A DNA stretch of 31,755 nt, taken from IMG/VR virus record IMGVR_UViG_3300048080_000224, positions 1-31,755 of that record; one strand, written 5' to 3'. This DNA is from a virus (lineage: Duplodnaviria > Caudoviricetes). This document shows positions 15,637-24,672 of this stretch, in pieces; within the stretch, counting starts at the first letter, position 1; every line of letters begins with the position of its first letter. Position numbers and translations under genes: made by a program. Under the pieces are notes generated by a model. That model had not been told where the DNA came from. It was given only the letters and a program-made list of their open reading frames with translations, and did no database searches.

Positions 15637-18009
15637 GTGGTTCTCCAGCACTACTACGCGGGCACGCTCATCGCGAACGCCATCCAGCTCGTCACCGAGA
15701 CGGGCTTCTCGGCGAAGGCGACGATCGGCGAGGCCGACACGATCCACGTCATCGTCGACGATCCCGGGGGCACGCTCGACTTCGTCGCCTACAAGCCGTG
15801 GAAGATGGTCGAGACCGCCGCGCCCGTCGGCCGCCAGGTGGCGTGGTACGGTTTCGTCACCGACCAGGAGATCGGCGACAGAGCGGGCGATACCGTCTTC
15901 ACGACTGGCGTGGGCCGGGCCTGGGAGCTGACGCTCGACGAGTGCAACGGCTTCATTGGCCGGCGCGTCCTGTGGGCGACGACGCCGCGGCCGGCGGAGA
16001 CCGTCTCCGCGCGTCTCGCCTGGCTCATGAACCAGGCCGGTTTCACGGGCATCATCTTCGACCATGGCCTGATCGAAACCGATACGACGCAGCTCGACCC
16101 GCGCGACTACAACGGCCTGTATGGCGCCGAGGTGTTGCGCGACTGCTCGCTCGTATCGGGCCTCAATTTCTTCGTCCGCTACCGCGAGGCGTCAGACGAC
16201 CTCGAGCTGGCCTTTTACAACTCGCGCACCAGCGCGCTCGATACGTCGACGCTGCGCATCTCGAACGACCCGGCCGACATCGACTATGTGACGACCTGGC
16301 CACCGCACATGGAGACGAAGCTCCGGCGCGGCGCGACGCGGATCGCCGGTGGCATCTACCTGCCCTTCAATGGCGGCGCGTTCTTCGGCAACAATCCAGC
16401 GGTCGAGACGGCGTTCGGCTTCGTCGATCGGGTGGCACCGGCGGCGGCTGTCACGACGTACGCCACGGCGGCGCCCCTCGTCAATCGGCTGCTCCTGGAG
16501 CACAGCGAGCAGGACGAACGGATCGTGCCTCTGAAGGTCCGGCTCCCGGCCGCCAATCTGAACGATGTCTACCAGGGCCAGCGCATCGAATTCCGCCACA
16601 CCCGCCGGCCGGGCTGGCAGTCATTCCGCTCGGCGCGCCTGGCAATGAAGTCCTTTTCGCGGCCGCCGAACCGCACGCAGGACTTCTACGACGTGGACAT
16701 GGAGCTGACGCCGGCGGCCACGCCCGGATTGGCGGCGAAGCTCTACTCGACGACCACACAGGAGATCCCGACGACCACAGCGACACTGGTCACATTCAAT
16801 ACGGCGGCGATCGAGATCGGCGGTACGTGGTATTCGGGCGGCAGCCCGACGCGCGCCACGGTGCCGACCGGTGCCGGTACACGCACGGTCCTCGTCATCG
16901 CAACTGCCTGGTGGGACGAGCCCGATCTTTCGGTCTTCAACAACACGGTCGTCCGAGTCAAGAAGAATGGTGTCCAGATCCGGGGCACCCAGAATTACGC
17001 CTTCAATGCGCTCAAAGGACGGCAAGCGATCGGCCTCGTGCGGGTATCGGCTGGCGACTATCTCGAGGCTGAGGTCTACCAGGACACGGGCGCGACGATG
17101 ACGCTCGGCGCGGCGCTGCCGGAGCACTATTCGACGCTGATGGTCGTCGGCCTCGATGAGGGCGCCGCGGCGAAGGCCTACACGACGGCTACCCAGAGCA
17201 TCGCCAACAACACGGACGTGGCGCTCAATCTAGCGACGGCCGAGTTCGAGATCGGCGGCACATTCTTCGCCGGCGGATCGCCCTCGAGGTTGACGGTCCC
17301 GGCAGGCTCACCGACGGCCCTCTGGCTGATCGGCGGCGAGGAATACGTGAGTGCCGCGCCCGCCGGACGGAATGGGATCCGGCTACGGATCAATGGCTCA
17401 ACCTATGTTCGCGGCTCGTGGGCGGACATGGCAGAAACGGGGGCCGTGGCCGCGACACCCACGATCGGCGTCGCGTCGCTATCGGCGGGTGACTACGTCG
17501 AGCTCATCGCCTACCAGAATTCAGGGGCGCCGATCACTGCGGGCAATGCGGCGGAAGCGGTCAATACGGCACTCTGGATGGTGCGTATCGACGGCCTCGC
17601 CAGCAAGGTCTTCTACGACGGAGCCGGCTTTGCCGTCGCTCAGGATTTCTGGGCACCGATCGGCTGGACGGCAGAGGAAAGCGATGCCGCGGGCGTCTGG
17701 AGTCCGGCCAGCCCGACGAAGTTCAACGTGGCTGTCAAGGGTACTTGGCTCGTCGCTGTCTCGAGCTTCATCCAGACGACGCAGTTCTGCTCGAGCAGCC
17801 TTCGTTTGAATGGGCCGCCGGATAGTCAGGCTCTCGTTGCCGGAGCTTTTGAGATGGGGTTCCGCAACCCGATCGCGGTCTCTCTCGTGGCAGTGACGGC
17901 TAGCGATTTCCTTGAGGGCATGGTTGCTCATCCCTCACTGACTTCTGAGGACTTCGGGACCGGTGGCGATCTCAGCGACACGCCGGTGATGTGGGCGCTC
18001 GTGTTCTGA
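15637..18009 (+). CDS. Tail tip/hub protein with three tandem C1q/TNF-like C-terminal domains (790 aa)
   Basis: First gene after the tape measure; ~365-aa N-terminal region then three ~140-aa repeats starting at 16732, 17167 and 17599. Confidence 0.75.
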   Translation: MVLQHYYAGTLIANAIQLVTETGFSAKATIGEADTIHVIVDDPGGTLDFVAYKPWKMVETAAPVGRQVAWYGFVTDQEIGDRAGDTVFTTGVGRAWELTLDECNGFIGRRVLWATTPRPAETVSARLAWLMNQAGFTGIIFDHGLIETDTTQLDPRDYNGLYGAEVLRDCSLVSGLNFFVRYREASDDLELAFYNSRTSALDTSTLRISNDPADIDYVTTWPPHMETKLRRGATRIAGGIYLPFNGGAFFGNNPAVETAFGFVDRVAPAAAVTTYATAAPLVNRLLLEHSEQDERIVPLKVRLPAANLNDVYQGQRIEFRHTRRPGWQSFRSARLAMKSFSRPPNRTQDFYDVDMELTPAATPGLAAKLYSTTTQEIPTTTATLVTFNTAAIEIGGTWYSGGSPTRATVPTGAGTRTVLVIATAWWDEPDLSVFNNTVVRVKKNGVQIRGTQNYAFNALKGRQAIGLVRVSAGDYLEAEVYQDTGATMTLGAALPEHYSTLMVVGLDEGAAAKAYTTATQSIANNTDVALNLATAEFEIGGTFFAGGSPSRLTVPAGSPTALWLIGGEEYVSAAPAGRNGIRLRINGSTYVRGSWADMAETGAVAATPTIGVASLSAGDYVELIAYQNSGAPITAGNAAEAVNTALWMVRIDGLASKVFYDGAGFAVAQDFWAPIGWTAEESDAAGVWSPASPTKFNVAVKGTWLVAVSSFIQTTQFCSSSLRLNGPPDSQALVAGAFEMGFRNPIAVSLVAVTASDFLEGMVAHPSLTSEDFGTGGDLSDTPVMWALVF

Positions 18010-18063
18010 TGGTCGGAGGACGGCTCGTGACCACCCAACCCTCACAGCGAAAGGAGAACCAGC

Positions 18064-18774
18064 ATGGCTGACAACGTCGCCATCAGCCCAGGCGCCGGCG
18101 TGACCATCGCCACCGACGACGTCGGCGGTGTCCAGTATCAGCGCGTCAAGCTCGACTTCGGCGGCGACGGCGTGGCCGTGCCACTGATCACCGCCATCGA
18201 TTCGGCGGTCGGCGCCACCGATCCGGTCATCGGTGCCGGCCACAAGCGGGTCGACACGCTGGCCGCCCTGACGCCTGCCGCGAGCGATTGGGCGCCCGCC
18301 CAGATCGACGCGCAGGGTGCCCTCTGGGCCCGCCGTCCGGCATTTCTCGTGGTCAGCGCCACGCCGACGCTCGACACCGCGATCTACGCGTCGGGCGACA
18401 GCCTGCACACCGCCGTCATCAGCTTCGCCAGCGCCGTCCGCCTCTCGGGCGGCGCGGGCCGCGTGCGCAAGGTCCTCGTCATCGACAAGGACTTGCAGTC
18501 CGCGGCAGGCGAGCTATGGCTGTTCAGCGCGACCGTCACGCCGGCGGCCGCGAACGCGGCGCATTCGATCAGCGATGGCGACGCGGCGCTGTGCGTCGGC
18601 GTTATCCCGTTCGGGACGTACTACGCGTCGGCCCTCAACTCGATCAGCATCGCCAACGTCGAGGTCGCCATCAACTGCGCGGCGACGACGCTGTTCGGCA
18701 TCCTCGTCACCCGCGGCACGCCGACGTACACAGCCGCGGGGCTCACGGTGGCGCTCCACATCGAACCGGACTGA
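18064..18774 (+). CDS. Putative minor tail / structural protein (236 aa)
   Basis: SD AAAGGAG; MADNVAISPGAGVTIATDDVGGVQYQRVKL; tail-module position. Confidence 0.65.
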   Translation: MADNVAISPGAGVTIATDDVGGVQYQRVKLDFGGDGVAVPLITAIDSAVGATDPVIGAGHKRVDTLAALTPAASDWAPAQIDAQGALWARRPAFLVVSATPTLDTAIYASGDSLHTAVISFASAVRLSGGAGRVRKVLVIDKDLQSAAGELWLFSATVTPAAANAAHSISDGDAALCVGVIPFGTYYASALNSISIANVEVAINCAATTLFGILVTRGTPTYTAAGLTVALHIEPD

Positions 18775-18797
18775 GGCCGCGCCAGAGGTAGCGGGCC

Positions 18798-19919
18798 ATG
18801 GTCAAGATCGCGAACTTCGACCCGGGGCTCGGTGACCTCCTGGCCGGCGGCGTGGGGGTCGTCGCCGATGATGCTGCGGCCGACGCCATCGCCACGCACG
18901 AGGACGACGTCACCGAGGCGCACCAGGCGACGGGCGTCTCGATCCTCGACGTCGGCCTCGGTGGTGTCAGTCATTGGCCCATGCTGGCGCTCTCGTCAGG
19001 GGCGGCAAACACCGGCGGTTACTACGCTTCGGACAACGTCGAGGGCGCGCTCGCCGAAATCGGCGCCGCGCTCAAGGTGCTCGGCGGATCCGCGGCCCGC
19101 TACTGGCCGATGCTGGCGCTGTGCTCAGGACCGACGGGCGGTCCAGCAGCACTCACAGATCACAACCACACGGCGACGGCCGGCGACGGCGGCGACCTCG
19201 ACGCGCCCGTCATCGACGGCTACGCGATCTGGAACGAGGAGGCCGCGCCGTCGACACCAGCGGTGACGACGGTTGCCGTCTACGCCAAGGGCGACGGCCT
19301 CATGTATTCCAAGGACGACGCTGGCGTTGAGACATTGATGTCCGGGGGCACGGCCTCGGGCATCCCGGCGACGATCCTCGATGCCAAGGGCGACATCATC
19401 GCCGCTACCGCTGCGGACACGGCGGCGCGTCTCGCGGTCGGCACGAACGACCAGGTCCTGACCGCTGACTCGGCACAGGCAACCGGACTCAAATGGGCCG
19501 CGGCGGCGGGTGGTGGGGAGTTCACGGAACTCTCGCGTGTTACCCGGACCGCTGGCGATCTCACAAACTCAACGACCGGATCGTGGACGGACGTGACCGG
19601 GGCGACTGTCACTCTGACCACGGCCGCCGTCCGCTGTCTGGTCATCTTCTCCGGTGTTGCTACCTCTAACGGCAGCTTCAATACGATGTTCGATGTCGAC
19701 ATCGATGGGACGCGCCAGGGGCAAACGTTCGGTCTAATCTTCAACACTCTCACTGCCGGCGGCAACGTATCTTTCACCTACGTCACAGGTGTGCTGACTG
19801 CGGCCTCTCACACGATCAAACTCGTGTGGCGTGTCGATGGCGGAACGAGCACCCTCTATGCTTCAACGGCCATTTCGCCGTACTTCTTTACCGTCCTCGA
19901 GACTAGTCAGACGACTTGA
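18798..19919 (+). CDS. Tail fibre / receptor-binding protein (373 aa)
   Basis: DAKGDIIAATAADTAARLAVGTNDQVLTADSAQATGLKW fibre-type motif and a C-terminal beta-sandwich. Confidence 0.75.
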   Translation: MVKIANFDPGLGDLLAGGVGVVADDAAADAIATHEDDVTEAHQATGVSILDVGLGGVSHWPMLALSSGAANTGGYYASDNVEGALAEIGAALKVLGGSAARYWPMLALCSGPTGGPAALTDHNHTATAGDGGDLDAPVIDGYAIWNEEAAPSTPAVTTVAVYAKGDGLMYSKDDAGVETLMSGGTASGIPATILDAKGDIIAATAADTAARLAVGTNDQVLTADSAQATGLKWAAAAGGGEFTELSRVTRTAGDLTNSTTGSWTDVTGATVTLTTAAVRCLVIFSGVATSNGSFNTMFDVDIDGTRQGQTFGLIFNTLTAGGNVSFTYVTGVLTAASHTIKLVWRVDGGTSTLYASTAISPYFFTVLETSQTT

Positions 19920-19928
19920 CGGGGCGAG

Positions 19929-21263
19929 CTAGGGCTCGTAGCTCCCACCCACACCCGGCCAGCGGATCGAGAACACATCGGTCGGATAGACCGGGACGAC
20001 GCAGGGCTCGGGACCGCCGATACACGCGCTCCGCGAAGCCCAGTCGAGCGTGGGGTGCGCGGCGATCCGGAAGTCCAGGATGATCCCGATGACGAGGACC
20101 AGGCACAGCGTGACCGCCGCCGGCGCCCGCTGGCGAATCGCGATCGCCACGACGAGCGCGGTCAGCGCGAGGCCCGGCAGGAGGAAGTAGCGGTTCCCGC
20201 TCGACCCGTTGGCGAGGAACGCGAACGAGTCGCCACTCCGGAAGATGACTGCGGCCAGCGTTGCCGCCCAGATGTAGGCGGCGAGCGCGAGCCACGAGCG
20301 CGGGGCACGACGCAGCGCCATGACCAGCAGGACCGCGACCGCACCGGCCAACAGGAGGCGCCATTCGAGCCCGCCGCCGGTGATGAGGTGCCAGCCGACG
20401 AACGGCTCGCCAATCGCCCGGATGGCGACGAACGCGAGATCGCCGCCGGCCGGCGTGACGCGTGGGAGGAGGAACGCGGTCACGAGCTGAGCGCCCGCGG
20501 CGACCGAAGCCGCGACGAGCAGCCTTCCGCGACAGTGCAGGTAGAGCGGGAGCAGCACAACAATGAGCGGCGCACCGAGGCCCGCAACGAGAACGGCCAC
20601 CGCCTCGATCCATTGGCCGATCCGCGACGCAGGCCGGCGCGCGAGCGGCACGGCGACGAGAAATACGGCGAGATGCCACGGTGCCCAGGTGATCTGGCCA
20701 TGCGTCTCGTTCACTCCCGGCAGGACGAGGATGAGCGTCGCCAGCGCCAGTCGGATCGGGAGGTCGACCTTCAGCCTGGTCGCGACATACGTTGCGATGG
20801 CCGCCACGATGACGACCGCCGCCAGGTTGGCGACCAACGGTGCGACGCTCACCGGGACGAGACGTTCGAGCAGCGCGACGGCGCGAGGCACGATGTGCAG
20901 CGATCCGTTCCACGGCGTGAAGAGGGACTCGAGCGGCCCGATGAAGTAGGTCCCGATGTAGAACACCTGCCCGTCCTCGCCCCGAAACTCCGGTGTCACC
21001 AGGACCTGCGGTCGCCGCGCCACGTAGATGAGGAGTGCGGCGCCGAACAGGAGGAGCGGGTGACGCGCCACGATCCAGCGCCAGAATCCGTTTACCGCGT
21101 GCACCGCGTGCAGCCCAACCGCAGCGGACCGTGGCAGACTGCCCACGACCCCCAGGACATAGCGCGCGCGTCGGGTCGACGTCCCGGACCCGTGATCTCT
21201 CGGGACGGGTGGGGGTACGTGCGTGCCGAGAACGGGTCCGGAGGCGGAGGTCATTCCGCTCAC
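19929..21263 (-). CDS. Multi-pass membrane protein, GT-C/GtrII-like glycosyltransferase (start uncertain)
   Basis: About 10 hydrophobic segments; PEFRGEDGQVF...LFTPWNGSLHIVPR loop after the first helix; RYFLLP near the end. Confidence 0.6.
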   Translation of the reverse strand: MSGMTSASGPVLGTHVPPPVPRDHGSGTSTRRARYVLGVVGSLPRSAAVGLHAVHAVNGFWRWIVARHPLLLFGAALLIYVARRPQVLVTPEFRGEDGQVFYIGTYFIGPLESLFTPWNGSLHIVPRAVALLERLVPVSVAPLVANLAAVVIVAAIATYVATRLKVDLPIRLALATLILVLPGVNETHGQITWAPWHLAVFLVAVPLARRPASRIGQWIEAVAVLVAGLGAPLIVVLLPLYLHCRGRLLVAASVAAGAQLVTAFLLPRVTPAGGDLAFVAIRAIGEPFVGWHLITGGGLEWRLLLAGAVAVLLVMALRRAPRSWLALAAYIWAATLAAVIFRSGDSFAFLANGSSGNRYFLLPGLALTALVVAIAIRQRAPAAVTLCLVLVIGIILDFRIAAHPTLDWASRSACIGGPEPCVVPVYPTDVFSIRWPGVGGSYEP

Positions 21264-21703
21264 ACGCGAGGAGCGGACTGCTCTGATGACCCTGCGCCTG
21301 CTGGTCGAGCGCGGAGTGATTCGAGCTCCGACTCGACCGCTCGCAGACGAGCATCCGTTGCCACCCGTTCGAGACGACTCTCCTCAAGCTCCTTCACCAG
21401 AGCCATGAGGACCGTGGCCAGGTCGGGCGGTGCCGCGGGCGCAGGCGGAACGTCAGGTCCGGGAACGCCGCGTGCCGCATAAAAGCCGACGACGCGGTCA
21501 AGGTTCGGCTCCTCGGGGCGGACAGCCCCCGACTCCCACCGAGCATAGGTCGTGCGCGTCGGCGCCCAGCCGGACTCGGCCTGGAGCGCGCTGAGGAACT
21601 CGTCAGCGGTCCACGATTTCGCAGCGCCGGGTTCGCGGAATAGGGCACGTGACCGGATGAGCCACGCCGCGATCGGTCCGCGTTCGTCGATGCCCTTGCG
21701 CAT
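21260..21703 (-). CDS. Immunity repressor (XRE-like HTH + coiled coil, 147 aa)
   Basis: TRTTYARWESGAVRP; divergent from the cro-like gene. Confidence 0.8.
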   Translation of the reverse strand: MRKGIDERGPIAAWLIRSRALFREPGAAKSWTADEFLSALQAESGWAPTRTTYARWESGAVRPEEPNLDRVVGFYAARGVPGPDVPPAPAAPPDLATVLMALVKELEESRLERVATDARLRAVESELESLRARPAGAGSSEQSAPRV

Positions 21704-21711
21704 GGCTAGAT

Positions 21712-21740
21712 ACCGTAGGCGCGTGTAAGGCGAATGTCAA
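21712..21740 (-). promoter_or_regulatory. Repressor promoter (leaderless-type)
   Basis: TTGACA, 17 nt, TACGGT, 8 nt, ATG(21703). Confidence 0.75.
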
Positions 21741-21750
21741 TAGGCTAGAC

Positions 21751-21832
21751 GGCACAACGGCGCACAATGGCGCACGTCGCGCCACAGTGCCGACACATGA
21801 CTTCATGTGCTTGACACGTCCCGACACGTCGG
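21751..21832. promoter_or_regulatory. Operator region with ~10-bp phased CAC repeats and palindromes
   Basis: CAC cores at 21753, 21763, 21773, 21783, 21794, 21814/21815 and 21825; palindromes CACATGA-CT-TCATGTG (21794-21809) and CCGAC-AC-GTCGG (21821-21832). Confidence 0.6.
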
Positions 21833-21839
21833 CTAACGT
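21811..21839 (+). promoter_or_regulatory. Early lytic promoter (leaderless cro)
   Basis: TTGACA, 17 nt, TAACGT, 6 nt, ATG(21846). Confidence 0.8.
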
Positions 21840-21845
21840 GGCGGC

Positions 21846-22064
21846 ATGTTCGTGACCACCGACGGGACGACGCTCGCTGAGCAACGGAAAGTGGCTGGCG
21901 TCACCATCTCCCAGCTGGCCAAGGCCATCGGCATCAGCCGCCCGACGGTCTACGAGTGGGAGGCCAACCGCGAGCTTCCTGAGGTCCCCACGAGGCGGTA
22001 CCTCAAAGCGCTCCACGAGCTCGTCAATGCCTACCCGCCGCGGCCGGTGGAGAGCGCGTCGTGA
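21846..22064 (+). CDS. Cro-like HTH regulator (72 aa)
   Basis: RKVAGVTISQLAKAIGISRPTVYEWEAN. Confidence 0.88.
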   Translation: MFVTTDGTTLAEQRKVAGVTISQLAKAIGISRPTVYEWEANRELPEVPTRRYLKALHELVNAYPPRPVESAS

Positions 22065-22231
22065 CGCCCGCCCCGACCCGATGCCGCTCGGTCCTCTCGA
22101 CGTTGCCCTGCCAGCGCAACGGCGGGCACGCCGGCCCCTGCCGCAATGGGCTGACGGTCTGGAACGCGCACGCCCTGCCGCCGAAGCCGCGCTGGTTCGC
22201 GAACCTCACGGCGAAGGAGCTGGTGCGGTGA
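22061..22231 (+). CDS. Small Cys/His protein (56 aa; not in ORF track)
   Basis: GTGA overlaps at both ends; CRSVLSTLPCQRNGGHAGPC...W. Confidence 0.6.
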   Translation: MTPAPTRCRSVLSTLPCQRNGGHAGPCRNGLTVWNAHALPPKPRWFANLTAKELVR

Positions 22232-22461
22232 AAGTCACCGACCCCGTTCCGTTCTTCGGCTACGACTCAGGGATGCGGCGCGTGACTGTGACGCAACGGG
22301 AGGCCGCCACCCTGCGTGCGGCGGCGGCCATCCTCAGCGACGTTCACGACATCGTCACCGACCATCTCGGCGATGGGCACTTCGATGCAGACGGCCTGAC
22401 CTTCCTCTGTGGCGGCGGCAATGACCTGATCCGGCTCGCCGATGGCGAGGTCGAGTGGTGA
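22228..22461 (+). CDS. Hypothetical protein (77 aa)
   Basis: SD AAGGAG; GTGA coupling. Confidence 0.65.
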   Translation: MKVTDPVPFFGYDSGMRRVTVTQREAATLRAAAAILSDVHDIVTDHLGDGHFDADGLTFLCGGGNDLIRLADGEVEW

Positions 22462-22616
22462 ACCGGCCATACCGTCAGGCCCACCGCCCGCCCTCGCTCG
22501 GCTGGCGCCTGGCGACGGGGCTCGCCCGGCTGTCCGCGGTCGTCGGCATGGTGGCCGTGCTCTGGCTCTATGCCGTCGTCCTGCTCGTCGGCTTCTCGGG
22601 GAGCGTGCCGGCGTGA
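22458..22616 (+). CDS. Small membrane protein (52 aa; not in ORF track)
   Basis: GTGA overlaps at both ends; AVVGMVAVLWLYAVVLLVGF hydrophobic helix. Confidence 0.65.
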   Translation: MNRPYRQAHRPPSLGWRLATGLARLSAVVGMVAVLWLYAVVLLVGFSGSVPA

Positions 22617-22870
22617 CGCTGGAGCTGCTCCGCGCCGGCAAGCTCTCACAGACGTGTCCGGCGTGCCACATCACCGAGGCGGCGGGCTCGCATTGCAGCG
22701 CCTGCCTGCGACCGATGGCCGAGGCCGATTGGTACGTCGCAGAGCGGTCCGCGGCCCAGATTGAGGCTGGACGGCGTGGCCGGGCGGCACGCGCCTCCTG
22801 TCGTAAGGAAACCGCCACGGCGGAGGCCCTGACCGAGAGTGAGCTGCGGTCAGCCTGGGGTGACCGATGA
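22613..22870 (+). CDS. Zn-ribbon protein (85 aa)
   Basis: CPAC..HCSAC; coupled overlaps. Confidence 0.65.
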   Translation: MTLELLRAGKLSQTCPACHITEAAGSHCSACLRPMAEADWYVAERSAAQIEAGRRGRAARASCRKETATAEALTESELRSAWGDR

Positions 22871-23841
22871 GCGCCCTCGCAATCCGACAGGGTACGGATG
22901 CTTGGCTCGAGGCGCGGCGCTCGACGATCGGCAGTTCCGACGTCGCGGTCATCGCCGGCGAGTCGCCGCACAAGAGCGCGTACACGCTCGCCGCCGAGAA
23001 GCTCGGCCTCATCCCCGAGGTCATCGACGCCGACACCCAGGAGCTCATGGCGATCGGCACGCTCATGCAGCCGGTCCTCCTGTCGCTCTACGAGCGCAAG
23101 ACGGGCCGCCACCCGAAGGCCGCGCCGACGTGGCGTCAGCATCGCGAGCTCGAGTGGGCGACGGCTTCGCTCGACGGAACGGCACCCGTGCGCCGCGTCG
23201 TCGAAGCGAAGTGGACGCACGCCCGCCGCTGGCGCTCCGGCGAGCGGATCCCCGGCGATGTCGCTTGCCAGGTGCAGTGGCAGCTCTTCGTCACGGGCTG
23301 GGACGTCGCCGACGTCGTCGTCCTCGATCACGCCGAGGCGCGTGTCGAGGCCGTCGAGCGCGACGACGCGCTCATTGACGACCTGGTGTTCCTCGCCGGC
23401 GAGTTCCGGGGTTACCTCAGCCGCGGCGAGCTGCCGCCGATTGACGGCTCCGAGTCGAGCCGCCGGAGCCTGGCCGCGCGTCATCCGCGCGACAACGGCA
23501 TGTGGCTGGCAGCCACGTCGGAGCTCGCGGAGCTCACCACCCAGCTCGCCGAGTCTCGCGCTGCCAAGAGGACAGCCGAGGACGCCGAACGAACCGTCGG
23601 CAACGCCCTGCGCGCCGTCATCGGCGACGCGTCGGGCATTGACGGCCTCGTGTCGCTCAAGCGCAACGCCGACTCGACGCGGACGAACTGGCCCGCCGTC
23701 GCCGCGGCCTATCGGGAACTGCTTCTCGAGGTCATGCCCGAGGAAGAGCGCGAACACCTGGACACGCTCCAGTCCATCCAAACGGAGACCTCGGAGGGCG
23801 CCCGCGTCCTTCGGTTGCTCTCGAAGGGGAACCAGTCATGA
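22867..23841 (+). CDS. YqaJ-family (lambda-exonuclease-like) recombination exonuclease
   Basis: WLEARRSTIGSSD, ASLDG, VEAK, QVQWQLFVTG. Confidence 0.93.
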   Translation: MSALAIRQGTDAWLEARRSTIGSSDVAVIAGESPHKSAYTLAAEKLGLIPEVIDADTQELMAIGTLMQPVLLSLYERKTGRHPKAAPTWRQHRELEWATASLDGTAPVRRVVEAKWTHARRWRSGERIPGDVACQVQWQLFVTGWDVADVVVLDHAEARVEAVERDDALIDDLVFLAGEFRGYLSRGELPPIDGSESSRRSLAARHPRDNGMWLAATSELAELTTQLAESRAAKRTAEDAERTVGNALRAVIGDASGIDGLVSLKRNADSTRTNWPAVAAAYRELLLEVMPEEEREHLDTLQSIQTETSEGARVLRLLSKGNQS

Positions 23842-24644
23842 CGCTCATCGCATCCGTCGTCGACCCGGACGTGTCGGCGTCGCTCGTCATCTACGAGAAG
23901 TTGAAGCCGCTCAAGGACGCGCTCGGCGTCGGCAACCTCACCGACACCGAGCTGCAGCTCTTCGCCATCGTCGCCCGCCACACCGGCCTCGACCCGTTCA
24001 CGCGTCAAATCTATGCAATCAAGCGCAGCGGCAAGGTGACCCATCAGACCGGCATCGACGGCTATCGCTCCGTCGCCGAGCGGACCAGCCAGTACGCCGG
24101 CTCGGATGAGGCGACGTTCGAGGACTGCGATTGTGGCGTCGAGCCAAAAGGCCATCCGCGCGTCGCGCGGGTCGTCGTCCACCGGGTGATGGCGTCCGGA
24201 CACATCGTCGACCAGGTGGGCATCGCGCGCTGGCACGAGCTCTACCAGCCGGGCGAAGAGACGTTCATGTGGCGGAAGATGCCGCGGAACCAGCTTGCCA
24301 AGTGCGCCGAGGCGAACGGCCTCCGGATCGCCTTCCCGCGCGTCCTCGGTGGCGTCTATATCACCGATGAGATGCAGGGCGCTCCGACGATCGAAGGCAC
24401 GGCGACCGAGCTGCCGCCCACACCGCGCCCAGCGGTCCGCGAGCGGGTCGCAGAGCGTCGCGCGGCCACGGAGGCGCAGACCACACACGGCGAGGAACCT
24501 CAGGTTGCCGACGCCGAACCCTCGCCGGCCGCAGAACCCTCGGCCTGCGGCATGGGCAGTCCCTACGGCGAGGACACGACGTGCAGCCTCGCTGCGGGCC
24601 ACACCGGCAACCACCGCAGCGAGAGCCGCGAGTCCTGGGCCTAA
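23838..24644 (+). CDS. bet: Bet/RecT-family single-strand annealing protein
   Basis: GLDPFTRQIYAIKR, QTGIDGYRSVAERT, WRKMPRNQLAKCAEANGLRIAFP. Confidence 0.9.
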   Translation: MTLIASVVDPDVSASLVIYEKLKPLKDALGVGNLTDTELQLFAIVARHTGLDPFTRQIYAIKRSGKVTHQTGIDGYRSVAERTSQYAGSDEATFEDCDCGVEPKGHPRVARVVVHRVMASGHIVDQVGIARWHELYQPGEETFMWRKMPRNQLAKCAEANGLRIAFPRVLGGVYITDEMQGAPTIEGTATELPPTPRPAVRERVAERRAATEAQTTHGEEPQVADAEPSPAAEPSACGMGSPYGEDTTCSLAAGHTGNHRSESRESWA

Positions 24645-24672
24645 GGCCCATCCCCGAGGGGAGGTATTCCGC

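Noticed and set aside
16732-19919. Diversity-generating retroelement target in tail genes
   Set aside because: No reverse transcriptase and no TR/VR pair differing at adenines seen in the window.
21223-21408. 61-aa plus-strand ORF antisense to the repressor 3' end
   Set aside because: Reads somewhat protein-like but overlaps two minus-strand genes and lacks clear expression signals; unsupported without homologues.
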